Notes: generated by a model from the letters alone, not told the origin. Counted from the first letter of the stretch, positions 37,291 through 47,597 are shown. The stretch is 48,911 nucleotides of DNA from Variovorax sp. (GCA_043720775.1 JAYSRZ010000083.1:1-48911); one strand, 5' to 3'. Program-made: numbers and translations.

Positions 37291-37989
37291 ATGAGCATCA
37301 CACTCAAAGGCATTTCCTCTATGGCCACGCGGGCTCTTTTGAAAGAGCTCTGCGCGGTCTATGAAAAAGCGCATGGCGTTTCGGTTCACATCGAAGCTAC
37401 TGGTGGCGTGGATGCGGCAAAAAGAGTGGCCGCCGGAGAGGCTTTTGATGTGGTGATTTTGGGCAGTGATGCGATTGACAAGTTAATCGCCAGTGGTCAT
37501 TTAGTGCAAGGCAGCCGATTCGATTTGGTGAAATCAGAGATTGCAGTCGCTACGAAAAAAGGAGCGCCTCGCGCAATGATTGCGACGGCTAATGCGCTAA
37601 AAGCTTCATTAATCGCTGCAAAAAGTATCAGCTATTCCACCGGCCCCAGCGGTGTCTATCTTGCAAGCCTGTTTGAAAAATTGGGCATCGCCGAGCAGCT
37701 CAAAACCAAAACAGTAGTGCCCCCGCCGGGCATCCCCGTGGGCAACTTGGTAGCACGAGGTGAAGTAGAAATCGGCTTCCAGCAACTCTCCGAATTGATC
37801 AACATCGAAGGCATCGAAGTGTTAGGCACGCTACCTTTCGAGATCGCCCACATCACGACATTCAGCGCGGGCATTCCCACAAATGCAAGCCCCACTTCTG
37901 CGCAAGCCGTGCGCCAATTCTTGAGCTTTGCAAACTCCGCGCAAGCCACCCCGATCAAACAATCCCAAGGCATGACTCCCGCGAATTAA
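37291..37989 (+). CDS. ModA-fold substrate-binding-like protein without signal peptide
   Basis: MSITLKGISSMAT, GGVDAAKRV..FDVV, YSTGPSG, GFQQLSEL. Confidence 0.8.
   Translation: MSITLKGISSMATRALLKELCAVYEKAHGVSVHIEATGGVDAAKRVAAGEAFDVVILGSDAIDKLIASGHLVQGSRFDLVKSEIAVATKKGAPRAMIATANALKASLIAAKSISYSTGPSGVYLASLFEKLGIAEQLKTKTVVPPPGIPVGNLVARGEVEIGFQQLSELINIEGIEVLGTLPFEIAHITTFSAGIPTNASPTSAQAVRQFLSFANSAQATPIKQSQGMTPAN
37549..37612 (+). repeat. 64-bp motif, copy 11 (in ModA-like gene; ATKKGAPRAMIATANALKASL)
   Basis: gctacgaaaaaaggagc-gcctc-gcgc-aatgattgcg-acggctaat-gcgc-taaaa-gcttcattaa. Confidence 0.7.
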
Positions 37990-38039
37990 TTGGGTTCTGA
38001 CCCCAATTAAATTTAATCGGGGTCAGAACCCAATTAATT
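37984..38039. repeat. 56-bp near-perfect palindrome (GGGGTCAGA-type REP-like)
   Basis: aattaattgggttctgacccc-aattaaatttaatc-ggggtcagaacccaattaatt. Confidence 0.85.
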
Positions 38040-38056
38040 TTGAACACTTAAAAACT

Positions 38057-39091
38057 ATGAGTCTTATCATCGACTGCCACGGCCACTACACCACTGCTCC
38101 GAAAGCGCTGGAGACTTGGCGCAACGCGCAAATAGCTGGCATCAAAGATCCGGCGCAAATGCCTCGCGCAAGCGATCTCAAAATTTCTGACGACGACATC
38201 GCGGAGACGATTGTCAATAACCAACTCAAGCTCATGAAAGAGCGCGGCAGTGATCTCACGCTGTTTTCTCCGCGCGCCAGCTTCATGGCGCATCACATCG
38301 GGGATTTCCAAATTTCCAGCACATGGGCGGCCATTTGCAATGAGCTCTGCTTTCGCGTGAGCGAGCTGTTTCCTGATCATTTCGTGCCCGTGGCGATGCT
38401 GCCGCAATCGCCGGGTGTTGATCCTAAGTCGTGCATTCCTGAATTAGAAAAATGCGTCAAAGAATATGGCGCTGTCGGTATCAATTTGAATCCCGATCCG
38501 AGCGGCGGTCACTGGACATCGCCTCCGCTGACCGATAAGCAGTGGTATCCGATTTACGAAAAAATGGTGGAGTACGATCTGCCCGCCATGATTCACGTAA
38601 GCACGAGCTGCAATGCTTGCTTTCACACCACCGGCGCGCATTATTTGAATGCCGACACCACCGCCTTTATGCAATTGCTCGAAGGCGATTTGTTCAAAGA
38701 TTTCCCGACTTTGAAATTCTTGATTCCCCACGGCGGTGGCGCAGTGCCTTATCACTGGGGGCGCTTTCGCGGTTTGGCTGACATGATGAAAAAGCCCAAG
38801 CTTGATGCGCATTTACTCGGCAACATTTTCTTTGACACCTGCGTCTATCACCAGCCCGGCATTGATTTGCTCAACACCGTGATTCCTGTAAAAAATGTGC
38901 TTTTTGCCAGCGAAATGATCGGTGCAGTGCGCGGGATTGATGAGACGACCGGCCACTACTTTGACGACACCAAACGCTACATCGACAACTCAAAAATTTT
39001 GACGGCGCAAGACAAGGCAGCGATCTTTGAAGGCAACACGCGGCGCGTGTTTTCTCGGTTGAATACGCGACTCAAAAAACAAGGAAAGTAA
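38057..39091 (+). CDS. ligJ: 4-oxalomesaconate hydratase
   Basis: [48 protein letters not shown]. Confidence 0.93.
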   Translation: MSLIIDCHGHYTTAPKALETWRNAQIAGIKDPAQMPRASDLKISDDDIAETIVNNQLKLMKERGSDLTLFSPRASFMAHHIGDFQISSTWAAICNELCFRVSELFPDHFVPVAMLPQSPGVDPKSCIPELEKCVKEYGAVGINLNPDPSGGHWTSPPLTDKQWYPIYEKMVEYDLPAMIHVSTSCNACFHTTGAHYLNADTTAFMQLLEGDLFKDFPTLKFLIPHGGGAVPYHWGRFRGLADMMKKPKLDAHLLGNIFFDTCVYHQPGIDLLNTVIPVKNVLFASEMIGAVRGIDETTGHYFDDTKRYIDNSKILTAQDKAAIFEGNTRRVFSRLNTRLKKQGK

Positions 39092-39093
39092 TC

Positions 39094-39777
39094 ATGTTTG
39101 AATTAGGCGTTGTTTACCGCAACATCACCCGCGCAGATCGCGCTGCCACTGACGCGCTCGCAGCGCTTGGCTCAGCCACCGTGCATGAAGCCATGGGCAG
39201 AGTCGGCCTCATGAAGCCCTATATGCGCCCCATCTATAGCGGCGCACAAGTCAGCGGTACAGCAGTGACCGTGCTCTTGCATCCCGGCGACAACTGGATG
39301 ATGCATGTTGCTGCTGAGCAAATTCACCCCGGCGATATCGTCGTGGCCGCCATCACGGCCGATTGCACCGATGGCTATTTCGGCGATTTGCTCGCCACGA
39401 GCTTCCAAGCGCGCGGGGCACGCGGCCTCATCATCGATGCGGGCGTGCGCGATGTGAAAACACTCAAGGAAATGAATTTCCCTGTGTGGAGCAAAGCCAT
39501 CAGCAGCAAAGGCACGATCAAGGCCACGATTGGCTCGGTCAACATCCCGGTCGTTTGCGCCGGCATGAGCGTGCAGCCGGGCGATGCGGTGGTGGCGGAT
39601 GATGATGGCGTCGTCGTTGTGCCCAAAGCCCTCGTGCAGAAAACTCTGGAAGCTGCTCAAGCACGCGAAGCCAATGAAGGCGAGAAGCGCAACAAACTCG
39701 CGAGTGGCATTCTGGGCCTCGACATGTACAACATGCGCCCCGCTTTGGAAAAAGCGGGTTTGAGGTATGTCGACTGA
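39094..39777 (+). CDS. ligK: 4-carboxy-4-hydroxy-2-oxoadipate aldolase
   Basis: [38 protein letters not shown]. Confidence 0.93.
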   Translation: MFELGVVYRNITRADRAATDALAALGSATVHEAMGRVGLMKPYMRPIYSGAQVSGTAVTVLLHPGDNWMMHVAAEQIHPGDIVVAAITADCTDGYFGDLLATSFQARGARGLIIDAGVRDVKTLKEMNFPVWSKAISSKGTIKATIGSVNIPVVCAGMSVQPGDAVVADDDGVVVVPKALVQKTLEAAQAREANEGEKRNKLASGILGLDMYNMRPALEKAGLRYVD

Positions 39778-39861
39778 GAGACGATGAATCAGGGAATGCC
39801 TAGGTAGAGAAGCCGCGTCTTGAGAGTAACAATCGAAGACGTCATGCCCTAGGAGACTCTC

Positions 39862-42243
39862 TTGACATCAGCTCAAAAATACAAACAGCCATCCATGCTT
39901 CGCGCGCTTGCCATCATCGCTGCCAGCCTCTCCATTGCGGCTTGCACCAGTCTGCCCACACCCGGCAGCAGCACAAGCACGAGTGTGGCGGAAGGCAGTG
40001 TGCAAATCATCCGCACCACCTTTGGCATCCCCCACATTACCGCGCCCAATATGGAAATGCTGGGCTACGGCACGGCTTATGCGCATGCGCAAGACAATGT
40101 GTGCATGAGCCTCGATGTGATCGCCACCGTTCGCGGCCAGCGCACCGCCTATTTCGGCGCAACAGCTACGGGCGTGCTCGGCGTGCGCACGCTGCCCAAT
40201 GCCGTGATTGATGCCTTCGTGCAAGCGCATATGAATGACGCCAAGCTCTCCGCTGCATGGGAGAAAAGCAGCGCTAACAACCGCGATATGGCGCGCGGCT
40301 ATGTGGCTGGATTCAACCGCTATTTGGCCGATCATGCTGGCAAGCTGCCCGCGCAATGCAATGGCAAGCCTTGGGTGCAGCCCATGACGCTGATGGATCT
40401 ATATCGCTCTGCCGAATCCATTCAAGTGCAGGCGGGCGCCGGCGCATTGGCCGATGCAATTGCCGCTGCTACGCCGCCCGTGCGTGCTTCGTCTGCTCTG
40501 CCTGCAAGCGAATCGCTTATGCAAATCTACGCCCAAGGCGCAGCAGCGCAGATGCGCGAAGCAGGCCTGCTCGATTCGCCGCTCGGCTCCAACGCATGGG
40601 CTTTCGGCAAGCAAACCTCGGCCAATGGGCGCGGCGTGTTGTTTACCAATCCGCATTACCCGTGGGTCGGCCCCAGCCGTTTTTATCAAATGCATTTGAC
40701 GATTCCCGGCCAGCTCGATGTGATGGGCGTAGCGCTGGGTTGGACGGCAGCTGTGCAACTGGGCTTTAACAAAGACATGGCCTGGACGCACACCGTCTCC
40801 ACCGGCAAACGCTTTACTTTGCATGAACTCGCACTCGCTCCCGGCAAGCCAACGACCTATTTGATCGATGGCAAAGAGGAATCGATGGTGGATAAGAAAG
40901 TCAGCGTCGGTGGCCGTGAGCAAACCGTGTGGATGAGCCGCTTCGGCCCTGTGCTCGTGATGCCGCGCGCTGGTCTGAACTGGACAGCCGAGCGCGCCTA
41001 CGCGATTCAAGATGCCAATGCAGGCAGCCTGCGCTCCACCGATATGTATATCGAAATCGCCAAAGCAAAAAGCGTGGGCGATTTGCGCCGCTCACTGCTG
41101 GCTTTGGGCGCGCCGTTTGTGAACACACTCGCAGTAGATCGCGCGGGCGATGCGATGTATGCTGATATTAGCGGCGTGCCAGATTTAGACGCTGCCGATT
41201 TAGAGCGCTGCGCCCCGAGCCGCCCCGCTGCCGCTCTGTTGGGCGCGGCAGGCCTCGTCGTGCTCAATGGTTCGAAATCGGATTGCAATTGGAAGCGCGA
41301 CAGCGCCTCGCCTGCGCCGGGCTTGATTGCGCCATCGCGTATGCCTGTGCTGATTCGGCAAGATTGGCTGCACAACAGCAACGACAGTTTCTTCTACACC
41401 CAGCCCGCGCACACTTGGGGGCAAGTGCCCATGATGGTGGGCGACGACATCATGCGCCGCCCGCGCACGCGCTCTGGCTTGATCGAAATCCCGCAGATGC
41501 TGGCCAAAGGCAAAGTCACGCCAGCGGCAATCCATTCACAGTTTTTTGAAAACCGCCACCTGATGGCGCGCATGACGCTGCCTGATTTGCTGGCTGCTTG
41601 CTCTGCAGCGCCCAACCAAGAAGCGAAAGACGGCTGCGCTGTGCTCAAAGGTTTCCATGATGCGGGCATGATCAATGATGTGCAAGCTAAAGGCGCAGTC
41701 TTGTTCCGCGAATTCTGGCGCACGGCATCGCAGATTCCTAATGTGTATCGCCAGCCGTTTGACAAAGCTCAGCCCGTGGCCACGCCTGCGGGCCTGCGCA
41801 TGAGCGATGCCGCGACGGCTGCGCGTGTGTGGGAAGCGCTTGGTGGTGCAGTCAAGAAAATGCGAGACAGTGGGTTTGCTTTGGATGCAGGTTTGGGGCA
41901 AGTGCAGCAAGCGGTGTTCTCCAAGGAAAACATTCCTTTGCATGGCGGTGATGAGATTGAAGGCGTGCTGAATAATTTGGGTGACCGCACGCGCCCCGGC
42001 ATCACGAAAGAGGGCATTCGCATCGATTTCGGCACGAGCTACGTGACAACCGTGACGTTCGATGAGCGCGGCCCAATAGCGCAAGGCCTGCTCACCTACG
42101 GCCAAAGCACACACGATGGCTCACCGCATCAAACCGATCAACTGCGCATGTATGCCAATAAACAGTGGCCCGCCATGCCTTTCCACCCTGAGGATATTGA
42201 ACGCCAGCGCATTGCTGCTCCGCTGATTTTGCGCAAGCCCTGA
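39862..42243 (+). CDS. Penicillin acylase-family Ntn-hydrolase (PvdQ/QuiP-like), probable lipoprotein
   Basis: IIRTTFGIPHI, GSNAWAFG (nucleophile Ser), NPHYPW, HNSNDS, LTYGQS; IAAC lipobox; AGGAG before the TTG start. Confidence 0.9.
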   Translation: MTSAQKYKQPSMLRALAIIAASLSIAACTSLPTPGSSTSTSVAEGSVQIIRTTFGIPHITAPNMEMLGYGTAYAHAQDNVCMSLDVIATVRGQRTAYFGATATGVLGVRTLPNAVIDAFVQAHMNDAKLSAAWEKSSANNRDMARGYVAGFNRYLADHAGKLPAQCNGKPWVQPMTLMDLYRSAESIQVQAGAGALADAIAAATPPVRASSALPASESLMQIYAQGAAAQMREAGLLDSPLGSNAWAFGKQTSANGRGVLFTNPHYPWVGPSRFYQMHLTIPGQLDVMGVALGWTAAVQLGFNKDMAWTHTVSTGKRFTLHELALAPGKPTTYLIDGKEESMVDKKVSVGGREQTVWMSRFGPVLVMPRAGLNWTAERAYAIQDANAGSLRSTDMYIEIAKAKSVGDLRRSLLALGAPFVNTLAVDRAGDAMYADISGVPDLDAADLERCAPSRPAAALLGAAGLVVLNGSKSDCNWKRDSASPAPGLIAPSRMPVLIRQDWLHNSNDSFFYTQPAHTWGQVPMMVGDDIMRRPRTRSGLIEIPQMLAKGKVTPAAIHSQFFENRHLMARMTLPDLLAACSAAPNQEAKDGCAVLKGFHDAGMINDVQAKGAVLFREFWRTASQIPNVYRQPFDKAQPVATPAGLRMSDAATAARVWEALGGAVKKMRDSGFALDAGLGQVQQAVFSKENIPLHGGDEIEGVLNNLGDRTRPGITKEGIRIDFGTSYVTTVTFDERGPIAQGLLTYGQSTHDGSPHQTDQLRMYANKQWPAMPFHPEDIERQRIAAPLILRKP

Positions 42244-42308
42244 TGTGCTGCTGCCCGTTTGCGGGCAACAGCGAAGTGGGGCAGGCGTGTTTATATTGAA
42301 AGACAAAC

Positions 42309-43253
42309 ATGAGTCTCCCCACAGCTGTGGATTTTGTGAAAACGCCGGGTTGGCTCGATTGGTATGCTGGCCCTGCTAAACCGCGTTTTCAATTGCCGCT
42401 TGGCGCAGTCGATGCGCATTGCCATGTGTTTGGCCCGGGTGCTCAATTCCCTTTCGCGCCTGAGCGCAAATACACGCCTTGTGATGCATCGAAGGCGCAG
42501 CTCTTTGCGCTGCGTGATCACCTTGGTTTTTCCCGCAACGTGATCGTACAAGCCACTTGTCATGGCGCAGACAATTCTGCGATGGCGGATGCTTGCCGAG
42601 CAGCCGGCGGCAAAGCGCGCGGCGTGGCGACTGTGAAGCGAAGCGTGAGGGATCAAGAGTTGCAAAGTCTGCACGAAGCTGGCGTTCGCGGCGTGCGCTT
42701 CAATTTCGTCAAACGCCTCGTGGATTTCACGCCAAAAGACGAGCTCCTAGAAATCGCGCATCGCATCAAAGCACTGGGTTGGCATGTGGTGATTTATTTT
42801 GAAGCGGTGGATTTGCCCGAACTCTGGAATTTTTTTACTGCGCTGCCGACGACTGTTGTAGTCGATCACATGGGCAGGCCTGATGTGAGTAAACCGATTG
42901 ACGGCGCTGAATTCGCGCTCTTCATGAAGTTCATGCACCAGCACAGCAATGTGTGGAGCAAGGTGAGCTGCCCCGAGCGCCTCAGCATCCAAGGCCCCAA
43001 GGCTTTGAACGGGGAGCAAAATGCCTATCAAGACGTGATCCCCTTTGCCCGCCAAGTGGTGGAGGCCTTCCCAGACCGCGTGCTCTGGGGCACCGATTGG
43101 CCGCATCCGAATCTGAAAGACCATATGCCCGATGACGGCCTCTTGGTCGATTTCATCCCGCACATCGCCTCTACAGCCGAGCTGCAAAAGAAGCTGCTCG
43201 TGAGCAACCCGATGCGCTTGTATTGGCCGGAGGAAACTCAATCATGGCTTTGA
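42309..43253 (+). CDS. ligI: 2-pyrone-4,6-dicarboxylate hydrolase
   Basis: DAHCHVFGP, VQATCHG, GVRFNFVKRL, DHMGRP, WGTDWPHPN. Confidence 0.93.
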   Translation: MSLPTAVDFVKTPGWLDWYAGPAKPRFQLPLGAVDAHCHVFGPGAQFPFAPERKYTPCDASKAQLFALRDHLGFSRNVIVQATCHGADNSAMADACRAAGGKARGVATVKRSVRDQELQSLHEAGVRGVRFNFVKRLVDFTPKDELLEIAHRIKALGWHVVIYFEAVDLPELWNFFTALPTTVVVDHMGRPDVSKPIDGAEFALFMKFMHQHSNVWSKVSCPERLSIQGPKALNGEQNAYQDVIPFARQVVEAFPDRVLWGTDWPHPNLKDHMPDDGLLVDFIPHIASTAELQKKLLVSNPMRLYWPEETQSWL

Positions 43254-43299
43254 TCATTTGTCATACAATACGTGATACAAACTTCAATGGGAGTGCATC

Positions 43300-43569
43300 A
43301 TGATTTCACTACGCTTGCCGCCCGAAACTGAGTCTTTGCTATCTGTAATAGCTTTGCGCGAGCAAGTCTCCCGCAGCGAGTGGATTCGCCGTTTGATTGA
43401 TCGGCAATTGGAAACACTGAACACACCAGATCCTCACGCGCACTACGTCAAACTCACGGCAGATTTATCTGTAATGTCAAAAGCAGTCAAACGAGTCGGT
43501 GCTGCGCAGCACAGTGCCGCATTGCGCGGCAATCCACAGCTGGATCGCCGAGGTAGCAAAGCAGCATGA
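43300..43569 (+). CDS. CopG/RHH antitoxin
   Basis: MISLRLPPETE..SRSEWIRRLI; upstream gtcatacaa/gtgatacaa repeats; overlaps the PIN gene. Confidence 0.8.
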   Translation: MISLRLPPETESLLSVIALREQVSRSEWIRRLIDRQLETLNTPDPHAHYVKLTADLSVMSKAVKRVGAAQHSAALRGNPQLDRRGSKAA

Positions 43570-44003
43570 ATGCAGTGATTGTGGACACAGGCCCCTTGGT
43601 GGCTTACTTTGATCCTGCCGATCCTGATCATCAACGCGTGCATGCATGGTTTGCTAAAAGCAGTAAACGGTATGTGCTTCACAGTACGGAGGCGGTGTTA
43701 ACCGAGGCCAGCCACATGCTGGCATTTGATGTGCAGCGCCAGATCGCGTGTCTTGAATGGTCTGCACAAGTGATGCAATTGACGCATTTGCCAGCGCATG
43801 AGATGGTTCGCGTGACCGCATGGATGCGGCAGTATTCCCAAGTGCCGATGGATTTTGCAGATGCGAGTGTGCTTTGGTTGCATACGCAACTGGCCGGCTC
43901 TTCAATTTTGACTTTAGATCAGCGCGGCTTTGGTGTGTTTCGTGTGTTGGCAGATACCAAAGGGCATGGCCGCGCCAAATTCGCCAGTGTCGCTAACTTG
44001 TAA
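43566..44003 (+). CDS. vapC: VapC PIN-domain toxin
   Basis: IVDTGPLVA, TEAVLTEA, MDFADAS, ILTLDQRGF. Confidence 0.9.
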   Translation: MNAVIVDTGPLVAYFDPADPDHQRVHAWFAKSSKRYVLHSTEAVLTEASHMLAFDVQRQIACLEWSAQVMQLTHLPAHEMVRVTAWMRQYSQVPMDFADASVLWLHTQLAGSSILTLDQRGFGVFRVLADTKGHGRAKFASVANL

Positions 44004-44010
44004 TTCCACT

Positions 44011-44460
44011 ATGTCACTTAATAAACCCTATCTCGATATTCCCGGCACCACGATCTTTGATGCAGATCAAGCCCGCAAAGGCTATTGGATGAATCAGTTT
44101 TGCATGTCGCTCATGAAGGCCGAGAATCGCTCGGCTTTCAAAGCCGATGAGCGCGCCTACATGAATCGTTACGCCATGACGGAAGAGCAGAAGCTGGCCA
44201 CGCTCGCGCGCGATTTCAATCGAATGATCGCGCTGGGAGGTAATATTTATTTCATGGCCAAGCTCGGCTTCACCGATGAACGCAATTTCCAGCAAATGGC
44301 GGGCTCGATGACAGGGATGCAGGAAGATGAATACAAAGCCATGATGGTTGGCGGCGGCAGGAGTGCCGAGGGCAATCGCAGATTAGGCGAGGGCGGCGAT
44401 GCGCAGCCTGAGCGTCAGCCGCAAGGCAGTGGCAAAGGCAACTATTGGGGAAAAGCATAA
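44011..44460 (+). CDS. ligA: Protocatechuate 4,5-dioxygenase alpha subunit
   Basis: DIPGTTIFD..RKGYWMNQFCMSLMK..GGNIYFMAK. Confidence 0.95.
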   Translation: MSLNKPYLDIPGTTIFDADQARKGYWMNQFCMSLMKAENRSAFKADERAYMNRYAMTEEQKLATLARDFNRMIALGGNIYFMAKLGFTDERNFQQMAGSMTGMQEDEYKAMMVGGGRSAEGNRRLGEGGDAQPERQPQGSGKGNYWGKA

Positions 44461-45324
<864 letters not shown>

Positions 45325-45326
45325 AC

Positions 45327-45424
45327 TTCCGTGCCTTCCGTGTAATTTCCGTGTCTTCCGTGTTCTTTTTCTTGGCCGACAAAAAGAACACGGAAGACAC
45401 GAAGGATTCACGGAAGGCACGGAA
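45327..45424. repeat. 98-bp inverted-repeat element built of TTCCGTG units
   Basis: ttccgtgccttccgtgtaatttccgtgtcttccgtgttcttttt / aaaaagaacacggaagacacgaaggattcacggaaggcacggaa. Confidence 0.9.
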
Positions 45425-45444
45425 AAATTCATTAAAGGATTGAT

Positions 45445-46392
45445 ATGACGATCAACGTTGCTCTCGCTGGCGCTGGTGCTTTTGGTATCAAGCATTTAGA
45501 TGCTTTGAAACTCATCGATGATGTGAAAGTCATCTCCGTGATTGGTCGTGATTTGGCCAAGACGCAAGAAGTGGCCGATAAATATGGCATTGCGCATGTG
45601 ACAGACGATCTCGCGCAGACCTTGAAAATCAAAGAAGTGGATGCCGTGATCTTGTGTACGCCCACGCAAATGCACGCTTCGCAAACACTCGCTTGCCTCA
45701 ACGCAGGCAAACATGTGCAGGTTGAAATTCCGTTGTGCGATGTGTATTCAGAAGGCCAAGCCGTCGTCGCTGCTGCCAAAGCTGCTGGAAAAGTGGCAAT
45801 GTGTGGCCACACGCGCCGCTTCAATCCTTCGCATCAGTATGTTAATCAAAAAATCAAGAGTGGGCAATTCAATATCAGCCAAATGGATGTGCAAACCTAT
45901 TTCTTCCGCCGCACCAACATGAATGCGCTGGGGCAAGCACGTAGCTGGACGGATCATTTGCTATGGCATCATGCGGCGCACACGGTGGATCTCTTTCAGT
46001 ATCAAACGGGCAGCAAGGTCGTCAAAGCCAACGCCATTCAAGGCCCGATCCATCCCAATCTCGGCATCGCGATGGACATGAGCATCCAGCTCCAAGCCGC
46101 CAATGGCGCGATCTGCACGCTGAGCCTCAGCTTCAACAACGACGGGCCCCTGGGCACCTTCTTCCGCTACATCGGTGACAGCGCCACCTACATCGCCCGC
46201 TACGATGATTTATTCAACGGCAAAGAAGAAAAAATCGATGTGAGCCAAGTCGCAGTCAGCATGAATGGCATCGAACTGCAAGACAGAGAATTCATCTCCG
46301 CCATCCGAGAAGGCCGCGAGCCGAATGGCTCAGTTGCGCAAGTGTTGCCTTGCTACGAAGTGCTGCACAAGCTGGAGCAGCAACTGAAATGA
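45445..46392 (+). CDS. ligC: 4-carboxy-2-hydroxymuconate-6-semialdehyde dehydrogenase
   Basis: GAGAFG, TPTQMH, KHVQVEIP, GHTRRFNPSHQ, WTDHLLWHHAAHTVD. Confidence 0.93.
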   Translation: MTINVALAGAGAFGIKHLDALKLIDDVKVISVIGRDLAKTQEVADKYGIAHVTDDLAQTLKIKEVDAVILCTPTQMHASQTLACLNAGKHVQVEIPLCDVYSEGQAVVAAAKAAGKVAMCGHTRRFNPSHQYVNQKIKSGQFNISQMDVQTYFFRRTNMNALGQARSWTDHLLWHHAAHTVDLFQYQTGSKVVKANAIQGPIHPNLGIAMDMSIQLQAANGAICTLSLSFNNDGPLGTFFRYIGDSATYIARYDDLFNGKEEKIDVSQVAVSMNGIELQDREFISAIREGREPNGSVAQVLPCYEVLHKLEQQLK

Positions 46393-46598
46393 AATTGCCC
46401 ATGCAGATCAAACGAATAGCGACAGGCAACAAAGCTCTTGAAGAGCAATTTGTCGCGAACGCGGCGAGCGAGAAGATGGCGAGTGTGTTGACGCTGGCGC
46501 ATCTACAGGCTGAGGCGAAGCTGGGCAAGCGGAGAAACTTTGAGCGCTTTCTCGGCGCTGTGGCTGATGCGCCGGATGAGTTTGAAAATCGAAAGTAA
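46389..46598 (+). pseudogene. N-terminally eroded orphan RHH antitoxin, similar to 9391-9639
   Basis: EQFVANAASEKMASVLTLAHLQAEAKLGKRRNFERFLGAVADA; no toxin nearby. Confidence 0.55.
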
Positions 46599-46604
46599 AC
46601 AAAA

Positions 46605-47597
46605 ATGAAACGCCAAATTGGAATCTTCTCTGTGCAGCCTATCGGCCTTGGCTGCATGAACTTGGATCATGCTTATGGGCCATCCGTGAGCGCAGAGCAG
46701 GGCGAGCGCGTGTTGCTGGGTGCGCTGGATGCGGGCTATGATTTTTTGGATACGGCTACGTTGTATGGCGGCGGAAAGAATGAGACGCGGATTGGCGAGG
46801 TTTTAAAGAAACATCGCCACCGCTACACATTGGCCAGCAAATGCGCGATGGCGATTATTCCCGTGGATGGCAAGCTCACGCGCGTGATTGATGGGCGGCC
46901 TTCAGTTTTAAAGCAACAAGTCGAAGACAGCTTGCGCCGCTTGCAAACCGATGTGATCGATTTGTATTACCTGCACCGTTGGGATAAAAAAGTACCGATT
47001 GAGGACAGCGTGGGCGTACTCTCCGACATGGTGCGCAAAGGGCATATTCGCGCGATTGGCCTCTCAGAAGTGGGCGCGGCCACGCTGCGCAAAGCGCATG
47101 CTGTGCATCCAATTGCGGCTGTGCAAAGCGAATACAGCTTGTGGACGCGCGATCCAGAAATCGCTGTGCTGCAAACTTGCAAGAATCTGGGTGTCGGCTT
47201 TGTGGCTTTCAGCTCCGTGGCACGTAAATTCTTCGGCGGTTTGACGGATGTGAACGCACTGGATGCGAAAGACATTCGCCGCACGATGAGCCGCTTCTCT
47301 GACGACAACATGCAAAAAAATCTTGCGCTTTTGCCACCCATGCAAAAGATGGCCGATGAGCTTGGCGTGACTATTGCTCAGCTCGCGCTCGCTTGGGTGC
47401 TTGCGCAAGGCGATCACATCGTCTCCATTCCAGGCACGACAAATCCACAGCACATGAAAGATAACTTTGCTGCGCAAAACATTGCTTTAAGCGCGATGCA
47501 AATCGAGCAGCTCAATCAAATGATCAATCGCCACAATGTGAGCGGCGCTAGATATGACGCGCAATCGCAATCGGAAGTCGATACGGAGTGCTATTGA
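46605..47597 (+). CDS. Aldo/keto reductase
   Basis: GLGCMN, DTATLYG, SLRRLQTDVIDLYYLHR, IGLSE, QSEYSL, IPGT. Confidence 0.95.
   Translation: MKRQIGIFSVQPIGLGCMNLDHAYGPSVSAEQGERVLLGALDAGYDFLDTATLYGGGKNETRIGEVLKKHRHRYTLASKCAMAIIPVDGKLTRVIDGRPSVLKQQVEDSLRRLQTDVIDLYYLHRWDKKVPIEDSVGVLSDMVRKGHIRAIGLSEVGAATLRKAHAVHPIAAVQSEYSLWTRDPEIAVLQTCKNLGVGFVAFSSVARKFFGGLTDVNALDAKDIRRTMSRFSDDNMQKNLALLPPMQKMADELGVTIAQLALAWVLAQGDHIVSIPGTTNPQHMKDNFAAQNIALSAMQIEQLNQMINRHNVSGARYDAQSQSEVDTECY

Noticed and set aside
37291-37989. Molybdate transporter ModA serving xanthine dehydrogenase
   Set aside because: No signal peptide, no modBC, and it is embedded in the lig operon
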